Below, piece by piece: positions 32,601 to 47,600 of a stretch of DNA of 64,000 bases (the first letter of the stretch is position 1; every line of letters starts with the position of its first letter). The notes beneath the pieces are model-generated. The model was not told where the DNA came from. It searched no databases and worked only from the letters and a program-made list of their open reading frames with translations. Origin of the DNA: Owenia fusiformis (Eukaryota); assembly GCA_903813345.2 (NCBI GenBank), contig CAIIXF020000001.1:17608001-17672000 (forward strand), written 5' to 3'. The translations under genes were made by a program, and so were the position numbers.

Positions 32601-35600
32601 TTTTAGGGGTTAATTTGCAAAACTTTAAATGGTCCCATAGAAACATATGCGAAATATGGCTAAATTCGACATATTTCTCGAAATTCACTAATAAATGTGG
32701 TTGATATTAGTGTCATGGTTGACTGAATATGCATTTTATTCAATATGAATTTTAAAGTTCGGGGTTTTATGAAGTGATATGTACATTTTTGCTCAAATCC
32801 CCTCAGCACTTTTGATTCTATAGGGTTCTCTTGACCCCTGGGGTCATTATATTTTGTGACAATTTATTCCAGACTAAATGTAGTTATTTTGTCATTAAAA
32901 TATCTTATTAGAGAAACGTTCAGGAAAAGTTGCGCTATCCACAAGACTTCTTGTCACTGCACTGATAAATGTAGCAAAATAGTCAAAATAATTCAGCCTT
33001 GAGCATGAAATTTTTGAATTTTTGGACAAATTTTGGGCTATTTTGGGGGATTTTTGCCCATAACGATACTAATCTACTTAAAACAGCTGTTTAAAGTTGT
33101 ACAAATTGCTTAAGTGATTTATATTCTCTCATAAGTAGGACTATTTGCTACTTTACTAAACTGAACATCATTGATTTTTCGTTTTTCATGAACTTCTGAT
33201 GGCTAGTTCAAGTAGCATTGTCTTTTGTGCAGGTTTACTGAATACGTCCCTTTAAAATTGGGTCTTTCGTGGGTTTAAAGGGTCAAAATATTGGAACTTT
33301 GCACACCGTGGAACGTTTGGGGTGTGTTTCCTTTAATTTGGCAAGAACTGCATCAAATTACTTGATAAGAGAGCAGAAATGTAGCAATTTAGGCTGAAAA
33401 GTACTGTTTTCAATGAAAAAAACGAAAATTGCTGACACAGCAAAATTTAGATCGTCGTCTCCAGAATTTTAGGGGTTAATTTGCAAAACTTTAAATGGTC
33501 CCATAGAAACATATGCGAAATATGGCTAAATTCGACATATTTCTCGAAATTCACTAATAAATGTGGTTGATATTAGTGTCATGGTTGACTGAATATGCAT
33601 TTTATTCAATATGAATTTTAAAGTTCGGGGTTTTATGAAGTGATATGTACATTTTTGCTCAAATCCCCTCAGCACTTTTGATTCTATAGGGTTCTCTTGA
33701 CCCCTGGGGTCATTATATTTTGTGACAATTTATTCCAGACTAAATGTAGTTATTTTGTCATTAAAATATCTTATTAGAGAAACGTTCAGGAAAAGTTGCG
33801 CTATCCACAAGACTTCTTGTCACTGCACTGATAAATGTAGCAAAATAGTCAAAATAATTCAGCCTTGAGCATGAAATTTTTGAATTTTTGGACAAATTTT
33901 GGGCTATTTTGGGGGATTTTTGCCCATAACGATACTAATCTACTTAAAACAGCTGTTTAAAGTTGTACAAATTGCTTAAGTGATTTATATTCTCTCATAA
34001 GTAGGACTATTTGCTACTTTACTAAACTGAACATCATTGATTTTTCGTTTTTCATGAACTTCTGATGGCTAGTTCAAGTAGCATTGTCTTTTGTGCAGGT
34101 TTACTGAATACGTCCCTTTAAAATTGGGTCTTTCGTGGGTTTAAAGGGTCAAAATATTGGAACTTTGCACACCGTGGAACGTTTGGGGTGTGTTTCCTTT
34201 AATTTGGCAAGAACTGCATCAAATTACTTGATAAGAGAGCAGAAATGTAGCAATTTAGGCTGAAAAGTACTGTTTTCAATGAAAAAACGAAAATTGCTGA
34301 CACAGCAAAATTTAGATCGTCGTCTCCAGAATTTTAGGGGTTAATTTGCAAAACTTTAAATGGTCCCATAGAAACATATGCGAAATATGGCTAAATTCGA
34401 CATATTTCTCGAAATTCACTAATAAATGTGGTTGATATTAGTGTCATGGTTGACTGAATATGCATTTTATTCAATATGAATTTTAAAGTTCGGGGTTTTA
34501 TGAAGTGATATGTACATTTTTGCTCAAATCCCCTCAGCACTTTTGATTCTATAGGGTTCTCTTGACCCCTGGGGTCATTATATTTTGTGACAATTTATCC
34601 CAGACTAAATGTAGTTATTTTGTCATTAAAATATCTTATTAGAGAAACGTTCAGGAAAAGTTGCGCTATCCACAAGACTTCTTGTCACTGCACTGATAAA
34701 TGTAGCAAAATAGTCAAAATAATTCAGCCTTGAGCATGAAATTTTTGAATTTTTGGACAAATTTTGGGCTATTTTGGGGGATTTTTGCCCATAACGATAC
34801 TAATCTACTTAAAACAGCTGTTTAAAGTTGTACAAATTGCTTAAGTGATTTATATTCTCTCATAAGTAGGACTATTTGCTACTTTACTAAACTGAACATC
34901 ATTGATTTTTCGTTTTTCATGAACTTCTGATGGCTAGTTCAAGTAGCATTGTCTTTTGTGCAGGTTTACTGAATACGTCCCTTTAAAATTGGGTCTTTCG
35001 TGGGTTTAAAGGGTCAAAATATTGGAACTTTGCACACCGTGGAACGTTTGGGGTGTGTTTCCTTTAATTTGGCAAGAACTGCATCAAATTACTTGATAAG
35101 AGAGCAGAAATGTAGCAATTTAGGCTGAAAAGTACTGTTTTCAATGAAAAAACGAAAATTGCTGACACAGCAAAATTTAGATCGTCGTCTCCAGAATTTT
35201 AGGGGTTAATTTGCAAAACTTTAAATGGTCCCATAGAAACATATGCGAAATATGGCTAAATTCGACATATTTCTCGAAATTCACTAATAAATGTGGTTGA
35301 TATTAGGTAGAAAGCAACTTACTTTTTCACCCATTGGAATACATGTAAAATTGGCAAAGTTCAAATCATAATTTCTCAAATCCCAGCCCATCGAATCCTC
35401 ACATCCATTCAGATCATGTAGTCCTATTCAAAAACTTCCCGTTCGGTTATATGGTGAAAAAAATATCCCACGAACGAAAAAAGATTTTGCTACATTTATA
35501 AGCGAGCATTGATTTCTGGGCCTGTAAAAAGCACGTAGGACCTGATTACCCCATTGATTTACTGAGACCGCCAAAAATTTAATTCAATTTTTTGGTTCAA

Positions 35601-38600
35601 AATAATAATCTGTCAGCGGTCCCTGACACTCCTACTAGCTATCACCAAACATTAATTGCCAATACATGTACACATATACGTGCCATACATCTACAAAGTA
35701 GCGAACTAGTGTATTAAGTACTACTTTTCCTATACGATGAGCAAAACAAATCTCAAGTAGGTTATATTGACCCTATTAGTGTCATGGTTGACTGAATATG
35801 CATTTTATTCAATATGAATTTTAAAGTTCGGGGTTTTATGAAGTGATATGTACATTTTTGCTCAAATCCCCTCAGCACTTTTGATTCTATAGGGTTCTCT
35901 TGACCCCTGGGGTCATTATATTTTGTGACAATTTATTCCAGACTAAATGTAGTTATTTTGTCATTAAAATATCTTATTAGAGAAACGTTCAGGAAAAGTT
36001 GCGCTATCCACAAGACTTCTTGTCACTGCACTGATAAATGTAGCAAAATAGTCAAAATAATTCAGCCTTGAGCATGAAATTTTTGAATTTTTGGACAAAT
36101 TTTGGGCTATTTTGGGGGATTTTTGCCCATAACGATACTAATCTACTTAAAACAGCTGTTTAAAGTTGTACAAATTGCTTAAGTGATTTATATTCTCTCA
36201 TAAGTAGGACTATTTGCTACTTTACTAAACTGAACATCATTGATTTTTCGTTTTTCATGAACTTCTGATGGCTAGTTCAAGTAGCATTGTCTTTTGTGCA
36301 GGTTTACTGAATACGTCCCTTTAAAATTGGGTCTTTCGTGGGTTTAAAGGGTCAAAATATTGGAACTTTGCACACCGTGGAACGTTTGGGGTGTGTTTCC
36401 TTTAATTTGGCAAGAACTGCATCAAATTACTTGATAAGAGAGCAGAAATGTAGCAATTTAGGCTGAAAAGTACTGTTTTCAATGAAAAAACGAAAATTGC
36501 TGACACAGCAAAATTTAGATCGTCGTCTCCAGAATTTTAGGGGTTAATTTGCAAAACTTTAAATGGTCCCATAGAAACATATGCGAAATATGGCTAAATT
36601 CGACATATTTCTCGAAATTCACTAATAAATGTGGTTGATATTAGTGTCATGGTTGACTGAATATGCATTTTATTCAATATGAATTTTAAAGTTCGGGGTT
36701 TTATGAAGTGATATGTACATTTTTGCTCAAATCCCCTCAGCACTTTTGATTCTATAGGGTTCTCTTGACCCCTGGGGTCATTATATTTTGTGACAATTTA
36801 TTCCAGACTAAATGTAGTTATTTTGTCATTAAAATATCTTATTAGAGAAACGTTCAGGAAAAGTTGCGCTATCCACAAGACTTCTTGTCACTGCACTGAT
36901 AAATGTAGCAAAATAGTCAAAATAATTCAGCCTTGAGCATGAAATTTTTGAATTTTTGGACAAATTTTGGGCTATTTTGGGGGATTTTTGCCCATAACGA
37001 TACTAATCTACTTAAAACAGCTGTTTAAAGTTGTACAAATTGCTTAAGTGATTTATATTCTCTCATAAGTAGGACTATTTGCTACTTTACTAAACTGAAC
37101 ATCATTGATTTTTCGTTTTTCATGAACTTCTGATGGCTAGTTCAAGTAGCATTGTCTTTTGTGCAGGTTTACTGAATACGTCCCTTTAAAATTGGGTCTT
37201 TCGTGGGTTTAAAGGGTCAAAATATTGGAACTTTGCACACCGTGGAACGTTTGGGGTGTGTTTCCTTTAATTTGGCAAGAACTGCATCAAATTACTTGAT
37301 AAGAGAGCAGAAATGTAGCAATTTAGGCTGAAAAGTACTGTTTTCAATGAAAAAACGAAAATTGCTGACACAGCAAAATTTAGATCGTCGTCTCCAGAAT
37401 TTTAGGGGTTAATTTGCAAAACTTTAAATGGTCCCATAGAAACATATGCGAAATATGGCTAAATTCGACATATTTCTCGAAATTCACTAATAAATGTGGT
37501 TGATATTAGTGTCATGGTTGACTGAATATGCATTTTATTCAATATGAATTTTAAAGTTCGGGGTTTTATGAAGTGATATGTACATTTTTGCTCAAATCCC
37601 CTCAGCACTTTTGATTCTATAGGGTTCTCTTGACCCCTGGGGTCATTATATTTTGTGACAATTTATTCCAGACTAAATGTAGTTATTTTGTCATTAAAAT
37701 ATCTTATTAGAGAAACGTTCAGGAAAAGTTGCGCTATCCACAAGACTTCTTGTCACTGCACTGATAAATGTAGCAAAATAGTCAAAATAATTCAGCCTTG
37801 AGCATGAAATTTTTGAATTTTTGGACAAATTTTGGGCTATTTTGGGGGATTTTTGCCCATAACGATACTAATCTACTTAAAACAGCTGTTTAAAGTTGTA
37901 CAAATTGCTTAAGTGATTTATATTCTCTCATAAGTAGGACTATTTGCTACTTTACTAAACTGAACATCATTGATTTTTCGTTTTTCATGAACTTCTGATG
38001 GCTAGTTCAAGTAGCATTGTCTTTTGTGCAGGTTTACTGAATACGTCCCTTTAAAATTGGGTCTTTCGTGGGTTTAAAGGGTCAAAATATTGGAACTTTG
38101 CACACCGTGGAACGTTTGGGGTGTGTTTCCTTTAATTTGGCAAGAACTGCATCAAATTACTTGATAAGAGAGCAGAAATGTAGCAATTTAGGCTGAAAAG
38201 TACTGTTTTCAATGAAAAAACGAAAATTGCTGACACAGCAAAATTTAGATCGTCGTCTCCAGAATTTTAGGGGTTAATTTGCAAAACTTTAAATGGTCCC
38301 ATAGAAACATATGCGAAATATGGCTAAATTCGACATATTTCTCGAAATTCACTAATAAATGTGGTTGATATTAGTGTCATGGTTGACTGAATATGCATTT
38401 TATTCAATATGAATTTTAAAGTTCGGGGTTTTATGAAGTGATATGTACATTTTTGCTCAAATCCCCTCAGCACTTTTGATTCTATAGGGTTCTCTTGACC
38501 CCTGGGGTCATTATATTTTGTGACAATTTATTCCAGACTAAATGTAGTTATTTTGTCATTAAAATATCTTATTAGAGAAACGTTCAGGAAAAGTTGCGCT

Positions 38601-41600
38601 ATCCACAAGACTTCTTGTCACTGCACTGATAAATGTAGCAAAATAGTCAAAATAATTCAGCCTTGAGCATGAAATTTTTGAATTTTTGGACAAATTTTGG
38701 GCTATTTTGGGGGATTTTTGCCCATAACGATACTAATCTACTTAAAACAGCTGTTTAAAGTTGTACAAATTGCTTAAGTGATTTATATTCTCTCATAAGT
38801 AGGACTATTTGCTACTTTACTAAACTGAACATCATTGATTTTTCGTTTTTCATGAACTTCTGATGGCTAGTTCAAGTAGCATTGTCTTTTGTGCAGGTTT
38901 ACTGAATACGTCCCTTTAAAATTGGGTCTTTCGTGGGTTTAAAGGGTCAAAATATTGGAACTTTGCACACCGTGGAACGTTTGGGGTGTGTTTCCTTTAA
39001 TTTGGCAAGAACTGCATCAAATTACTTGATAAGAGAGCAGAAATGTAGCAATTTAGGCTGAAAAGTACTGTTTTCAATGAAAAAACGAAAATTGCTGACA
39101 CAGCAAAATTTAGATCGTCGTCTCCAGAATTTTAGGGGTTAATTTGCAAAACTTTAAATGGTCCCATAGAAACATATGCGAAATATGGCTAAATTCGACA
39201 TATTTCTCGAAATTCACTAATAAATGTGGTTGATATTAGTGTCATGGTTGACTGAATATGCATTTTATTCAATATGAATTTTAAAGTTCGGGGTTTTATG
39301 AAGTGATATGTACATTTTTGCTCAAATCCCCTCAGCACTTTTGATTCTATAGGGTTCTCTTGACCCCTGGGGTCATTATATTTTGTGACAATTTATTCCA
39401 GACTAAATGTAGTTATTTTGTCATTAAAATATCTTATTAGAGAAACGTTCAGGAAAAGTTGCGCTATCCACAAGACTTCTTGTCACTGCACTGATAAATG
39501 TAGCAAAATAGTCAAAATAATTCAGCCTTGAGCATGAAATTTTTGAATTTTTGGACAAATTTTGGGCTATTTTGGGGGATTTTTGCCCATAACGATACTA
39601 ATCTACTTAAAACAGCTGTTTAAAGTTGTACAAATTGCTTAAGTGATTTATATTCTCTCATAAGTAGGACTATTTGCTACTTTACTAAACTGAACATCAT
39701 TGATTTTTCGTTTTTCATGAACTTCTGATGGCTAGTTCAAGTAGCATTGTCTTTTGTGCAGGTTTACTGAATACGTCCCTTTAAAATTGGGTCTTTCGTG
39801 GGTTTAAAGGGTCAAAATATTGGAACTTTGCACACCGTGGAACGTTTGGGGTGTGTTTCCTTTAATTTGGCAAGAACTGCATCAAATTACTTGATAAGAG
39901 AGCAGAAATGTAGCAATTTAGGCTGAAAAGTACTGTTTTCAATGAAAAAACGAAAATTGCTGACACAGCAAAATTTAGATCGTCGTCTCCAGAATTTTAG
40001 GGGTTAATTTGCAAAACTTTAAATGGTCCCATAGAAACATATGCGAAATATGGCTAAATTCGACATATTTCTCGAAATTCACTAATAAATGTGGTTGATA
40101 TTAGTGTCATGGTTGACTGAATATGCATTTTATTCAATATGAATTTTAAAGTTCGGGGTTTTATGAAGTGATATGTACATTTTTGCTCAAATCCCCTCAG
40201 CACTTTTGATTCTATAGGGTTCTCTTGACCCCTGGGGTCATTATATTTTGTGACAATTTATTCCAGACTAAATGTAGTTATTTTGTCATTAAAATATCTT
40301 ATTAGAGAAACGTTCAGGAAAAGTTGCGCTATCCACAAGACTTCTTGTCACTGCACTGATAAATGTAGCAAAATAGTCAAAATAATTCAGCCTTGAGCAT
40401 GAAATTTTTGAATTTTTGGACAAATTTTGGGCTATTTTGGGGGATTTTTGCCCATAACGATACTAATCTACTTAAAACAGCTGTTTAAAGTTGTACAAAT
40501 TGCTTAAGTGATTTATATTCTCTCATAAGTAGGACTATTTGCTACTTTACTAAACTGAACATCATTGATTTTTCGTTTTTCATGAACTTCTGATGGCTAG
40601 TTCAAGTAGCATTGTCTTTTGTGCAGGTTTACTGAATACGTCCCTTTAAAATTGGGTCTTTCGTGGGTTTAAAGGGTCAAAATATTGGAACTTTGCACAC
40701 CGTGGAACGTTTGGGGTGTGTTTCCTTTAATTTGGCAAGAACTGCATCAAATTACTTGATAAGAGAGCAGAAATGTAGCAATTTAGGCTGAAAAGTACTG
40801 TTTTCAATGAAAAAACGAAAATTGCTGACACAGCAAAATTTAGATCGTCGTCTCCAGAATTTTAGGGGTTAATTTGCAAAACTTTAAATGGTCCCATAGA
40901 AACATATGCGAAATATGGCTAAATTCGACATATTTCTCGAAATTCACTAATAAATGTGGTTGATATTAGTGTCATGGTTGACTGAATATGCATTTTATTC
41001 AATATGAATTTTAAAGTTCGGGGTTTTATGAAGTGATATGTACATTTTTGCTCAAATCCCCTCAGCACTTTTGATTCTATAGGGTTCTCTTGACCCCTGG
41101 GGTCATTATATTTTGTGACAATTTATTCCAGACTAAATGTAGTTATTTTGTCATTAAAATATCTTATTAGAGAAACGTTCAGGAAAAGTTGCGCTATCCA
41201 CAAGACTTCTTGTCACTGCACTGATAAATGTAGCAAAATAGTCAAAATAATTCAGCCTTGAGCATGAAATTTTTGAATTTTTGGACAAATTTTGGGCTAT
41301 TTTGGGGGATTTTTGCCCATAACGATACTAATCTACTTAAAACAGCTGTTTAAAGTTGTACAAATTGCTTAAGTGATTTATATTCTCTCATAAGTAGGAC
41401 TATTTGCTACTTTACTAAACTGAACATCATTGATTTTTCGTTTTTCATGAACTTCTGATGGCTAGTTCAAGTAGCATTGTCTTTTGTGCAGGTTTACTGA
41501 ATACGTCCCTTTAAAATTGGGTCTTTCGTGGGTTTAAAGGGTCAAAATATTGGAACTTTGCACACCGTGGAACGTTTGGGGTGTGTTTCCTTTAATTTGG

Positions 41601-44600
41601 CAAGAACTGCATCAAATTACTTGATAAGAGAGCAGAAATGTAGCAATTTAGGCTGAAAAGTACTGTTTTCAATGAAAAAACGAAAATTGCTGACACAGCA
41701 AAATTTAGATCGTCGTCTCCAGAATTTTAGGGGTTAATTTGCAAAACTTTAAATGGTCCCATAGAAACATATGCGAAATATGGCTAAATTCGACATATTT
41801 CTCGAAATTCACTAATAAATGTGGTTGATATTAGGTAGAAAGCAACTTACTTTTTCACCCATTGGAATACATGTAAAATTGGCAAAGTTCAAATCATAAT
41901 TTCTCAAATCCCAGCCCATCGAATCCTCACATCCATTCAGATCATGTAGTCCTATTCAAAAACTTCCCGTTCGGTTATATGGTGAAAAAAATATCCCACG
42001 AACGAAAAAAGATTTTGCTACATTTATAAGCGAGCATTGATTTCTGGGCCTGTAAAAAGCACGTAGGACCTGATTACCCCATTGATTTACTGAGACCGCC
42101 AAAAATTTAATTCAATTTTTTGGTTCAAAATAATAATCTGTCAGCGGTCCCTGACACTCCTACTAGCTATCACCAAACATTAATTGCCAATACATGTACA
42201 CATATACGTGCCATACATCTACAAAGTAGCGAACTAGTGTATTAAGTACTACTTTTCCTATACGATGAGCAAAACAAATCTCAAGTAGGTTATATTGACC
42301 CTATTAGTGTCATGGTTGACTGAATATGCATTTTATTCAATATGAATTTTAAAGTTCGGGGTTTTATGAAGTGATATGTACATTTTTGCTCAAATCCCCT
42401 CAGCACTTTTGATTCTATAGGGTTCTCTTGACCCCTGGGGTCATTATATTTTGTGACAATTTATTCCAGACTAAATGTAGTTATTTTGTCATTAAAATAT
42501 CTTATTAGAGAAACGTTCAGGAAAAGTTGCGCTATCCACAAGACTTCTTGTCACTGCACTGATAAATGTAGCAAAATAGTCAAAATAATTCAGCCTTGAG
42601 CATGAAATTTTTGAATTTTTGGACAAATTTTGGGCTATTTTGGGGGATTTTTGCCCATAACGATACTAATCTACTTAAAACAGCTGTTTAAAGTTGTACA
42701 ATTTGCTTAAGTGATTTATATTCTCTCATAAGTAGGACTATTTGCTACTTTACTAAACTGAACATCATTGATTTTTCGTTTTTCATGAACTTCTGATGGC
42801 TAGTTCAAGTAGCATTGTCTTTTGTGCAGGTTTACTGAATACGTCCCTTTAAAATTGGGTCTTTCGTGGGTTTAAAGGGTCAAAATATTGGAACTTTGCA
42901 CACCGTGGAACGTTTGGGGTGTGTTTCCTTTAATTTGGCAAGAACTGCATCAAATTACTTGATAAGAGAGCAGAAATGTAGCAATTTAGGCTGAAAAGTA
43001 CTGTTTTCAATGAAAAAACGAAAATTGCTGACACAGCAAAATTTAGATCGTCGTCTCCAGAATTTTAGGGGTTAATTTGCAAAACTTTAAATGGTCCCAT
43101 AGAAACATATGCGAAATATGGCTAAATTCGACATATTTCTCGAAATTCACTAATAAATGTGGTTGATATTAGTGTCATGGTTGACTGAATATGCATTTTA
43201 TTCAATATGAATTTTAAAGTTCGGGGTTTTATGAAGTGATATGTACATTTTTGCTCAAATCCCCTCAGCACTTTTGATTCTATAGGGTTCTCTTGACCCC
43301 TGGGGTCATTATATTTTGTGACAATTTATTCCAGACTAAATGTAGTTATTTTGTCATTAAAATATCTTATTAGAGAAACGTTCAGGAAAAGTTGCGCTAT
43401 CCACAAGACTTCTTGTCACTGCACTGATAAATGTAGCAAAATAGTCAAAATAATTCAGCCTTGAGCATGAAATTTTTGAATTTTTGGACAAATTTTGGGC
43501 TATTTTGGGGGATTTTTGCCCATAACGATACTAATCTACTTAAAACAGCTGTTTAAAGTTGTACAAATTGCTTAAGTGATTTATATTCTCTCATAAGTAG
43601 GACTATTTGCTACTTTACTAAACTGAACATCATTGATTTTTCGTTTTTCATGAACTTCTGATGGCTAGTTCAAGTAGCATTGTCTTTTGTGCAGGTTTAC
43701 TGAATACGTCCCTTTAAAATTGGGTCTTTCGTGGGTTTAAAGGGTCAAAATATTGGAACTTTGCACACCGTGGAACGTTTGGGGTGTGTTTCCTTTAATT
43801 TGGCAAGAACTGCATCAAATTACTTGATAAGAGAGCAGAAATGTAGCAATTTAGGCTGAAAAGTACTGTTTTCAATGAAAAAACGAAAATTGCTGACACA
43901 GCAAAATTTAGATCGTCGTCTCCAGAATTTTAGGGGTTAATTTGCAAAACTTTAAATGGTCCCATAGAAACATATGCGAAATATGGCTAAATTCGACATA
44001 TTTCTCGAAATTCACTAATAAATGTGGTTGATATTAGGTAGAAAGCAACTTACTTTTTCACCCATTGGAATACATGTAAAATTGGCAAAGTTCAAATCAT
44101 AATTTCTCAAATCCCAGCCCATCGAATCCTCACATCCATTCAGATCATGTAGTCCTATTCAAAAACTTCCCGTTCGGTTATATGGTGAAAAAAATATCCC
44201 ACGAACGAAAAAAGATTTTGCTACATTTATAAGCGAGCATTGATTTCTGGGCCTGTAAAAAGCACGTAGGACCTGATTACCCCATTGATTTACTGAGACC
44301 GCCAAAAATTTAATTCAATTTTTTGGTTCAAAATAATAATCTGTCAGCGGTCCCTGACACTCCTACTAGCTATCACCAAACATTAATTGCCAATACATGT
44401 ACACATATACGTGCCATACATCTACAAAGTAGCGAACTAGTGTATTAAGTACTACTTTTCCTATACGATGAGCAAAACAAATCTCAAGTAGGTTATATTG
44501 ACCCTATTAGTGTCATGGTTGACTGAATATGCATTTTATTCAATATGAATTTTAAAGTTCGGGGTTTTATGAAGTGATATGTACATTTTTGCTCAAATCC

Positions 44601-47600
44601 CCTCAGCACTTTTGATTCTATAGGGTTCTCTTGACCCCTGGGGTCATTATATTTTGTGACAATTTATTCCAGACTAAATGTAGTTATTTTGTCATTAAAA
44701 TATCTTATTAGAGAAACGTTCAGGAAAAGTTGCGCTATCCACAAGACTTCTTGTCACTGCACTGATAAATGTAGCAAAATAGTCAAAATAATTCAGCCTT
44801 GAGCATGAAATTTTTGAATTTTTGGACAAATTTTGGGCTATTTTGGGGGATTTTTGCCCATAACGATACTAATCTACTTAAAACAGCTGTTTAAAGTTGT
44901 ACAAATTGCTTAAGTGATTTATATTCTCTCATAAGTAGGACTATTTGCTACTTTACTAAACTGAACATCATTGATTTTTCGTTTTTCATGAACTTCTGAT
45001 GGCTAGTTCAAGTAGCATTGTCTTTTGTGCAGGTTTACTGAATACGTCCCTTTAAAATTGGGTCTTTCGTGGGTTTAAAGGGTCAAAATATTGGAACTTT
45101 GCACACCGTGGAACGTTTGGGGTGTGTTTCCTTTAATTTGGCAAGAACTGCATCAAATTACTTGATAAGAGAGCAGAAATGTAGCAATTTAGGCTGAAAA
45201 GTACTGTTTTCAATGAAAAAACGAAAATTGCTGACACAGCAAAATTTAGATCGTCGTCTCCAGAATTTTAGGGGTTAATTTGCAAAACTTTAAATGGTCC
45301 CATAGAAACATATGCGAAATATGGCTAAATTCGACATATTTCTCGAAATTCACTAATAAATGTGGTTGATATTAGTGTCATGGTTGACTGAATATGCATT
45401 TTATTCAATATGAATTTTAAAGTTCGGGGTTTTATGAAGTGATATGTACATTTTTGCTCAAATCCCCTCAGCACTTTTGATTCTATAGGGTTCTCTTGAC
45501 CCCTGGGGTCATTATATTTTGTGACAATTTATTCCAGACTAAATGTAGTTATTTTGTCATTAAAATATCTTATTAGAGAAACGTTCAGGAAAAGTTGCGC
45601 TATCCACAAGACTTCTTGTCACTGCACTGATAAATGTAGCAAAATAGTCAAAATAATTCAGCCTTGAGCATGAAATTTTTGAATTTTTGGACAAATTTTG
45701 GGCTATTTTGGGGGATTTTTGCCCATAACGATACTAATCTACTTAAAACAGCTGTTTAAAGTTGTACAAATTGCTTAAGTGATTTATATTCTCTCATAAG
45801 TAGGACTATTTGCTACTTTACTAAACTGAACATCATTGATTTTTCGTTTTTCATGAACTTCTGATGGCTAGTTCAAGTAGCATTGTCTTTTGTGCAGGTT
45901 TACTGAATACGTCCCTTTAAAATTGGGTCTTTCGTGGGTTTAAAGGGTCAAAATATTGGAACTTTGCACACCGTGGAACGTTTGGGGTGTGTTTCCTTTA
46001 ATTTGGCAAGAACTGCATCAAATTACTTGATAAGAGAGCAGAAATGTAGCAATTTAGGCTGAAAAGTACTGTTTTCAATGAAAAAACGAAAATTGCTGAC
46101 ACAGCAAAATTTAGATCGTCGTCTCCAGAATTTTAGGGGTTAATTTGCAAAACTTTAAATGGTCCCATAGAAACATATGCGAAATATGGCTAAATTCGAC
46201 ATATTTCTCGAAATTCACTAATAAATGTGGTTGATATTAGTGTCATGGTTGACTGAATATGCATTTTATTCAATATGAATTTTAAAGTTCGGGGTTTTAT
46301 GAAGTGATATGTACATTTTTGCTCAAATCCCCTCAGCACTTTTGATTCTATAGGGTTCTCTTGACCCCTGGGGTCATTATATTTTGTGACAATTTATTCC
46401 AGACTAAATGTAGTTATTTTGTCATTAAAATATCTTATTAGAGAAACGTTCAGGAAAAGTTGCGCTATCCACAAGACTTCTTGTCACTGCACTGATAAAT
46501 GTAGCAAAATAGTCAAAATAATTCAGCCTTGAGCATGAAATTTTTGAATTTTTGGACAAATTTTGGGCTATTTTGGGGGATTTTTGCCCATAACGATACT
46601 AATCTACTTAAAACAGCTGTTTAAAGTTGTACAAATTGCTTAAGTGATTTATATTCTCTCATAAGTAGGACTATTTGCTACTTTACTAAACTGAACATCA
46701 TTGATTTTTCGTTTTTCATGAACTTCTGATGGCTAGTTCAAGTAGCATTGTCTTTTGTGCAGGTTTACTGAATACGTCCCTTTAAAATTGGGTCTTTCGT
46801 GGGTTTAAAGGGTCAAAATATTGGAACTTTGCACACCGTGGAACGTTTGGGGTGTGTTTCCTTTAATTTGGCAAGAACTGCATCAAATTACTTGATAAGA
46901 GAGCAGAAATGTAGCAATTTAGGCTGAAAAGTACTGTTTTCAATGAAAAAACGAAAATTGCTGACACAGCAAAATTTAGATCGTCGTCTCCAGAATTTTA
47001 GGGGTTAATTTGCAAAACTTTAAATGGTCCCATAGAAACATATGCGAAATATGGCTAAATTCGACATATTTCTCGAAATTCACTAATAAATGTGGTTGAT
47101 ATTAGTGTCATGGTTGACTGAATATGCATTTTATTCAATATGAATTTTAAAGTTCGGGGTTTTATGAAGTGATATGTACATTTTTGCTCAAATCCCCTCA
47201 GCACTTTTGATTCTATAGGGTTCTCTTGACCCCTGGGGTCATTATATTTTGTGACAATTTATTCCAGACTAAATGTAGTTATTTTGTCATTAAAATATCT
47301 TATTAGAGAAACGTTCAGGAAAAGTTGCGCTATCCACAAGACTTCTTGTCACTGCACTGATAAATGTAGCAAAATAGTCAAAATAATTCAGCCTTGAGCA
47401 TGAAATTTTTGAATTTTTGGACAAATTTTGGGCTATTTTGGGGGATTTTTGCCCATAACGATACTAATCTACTTAAAACAGCTGTTTAAAGTTGTACAAA
47501 TTGCTTAAGTGATTTATATTCTCTCATAAGTAGGACTATTTGCTACTTTACTAAACTGAACATCATTGATTTTTCGTTTTTCATGAACTTCTGATGGCTA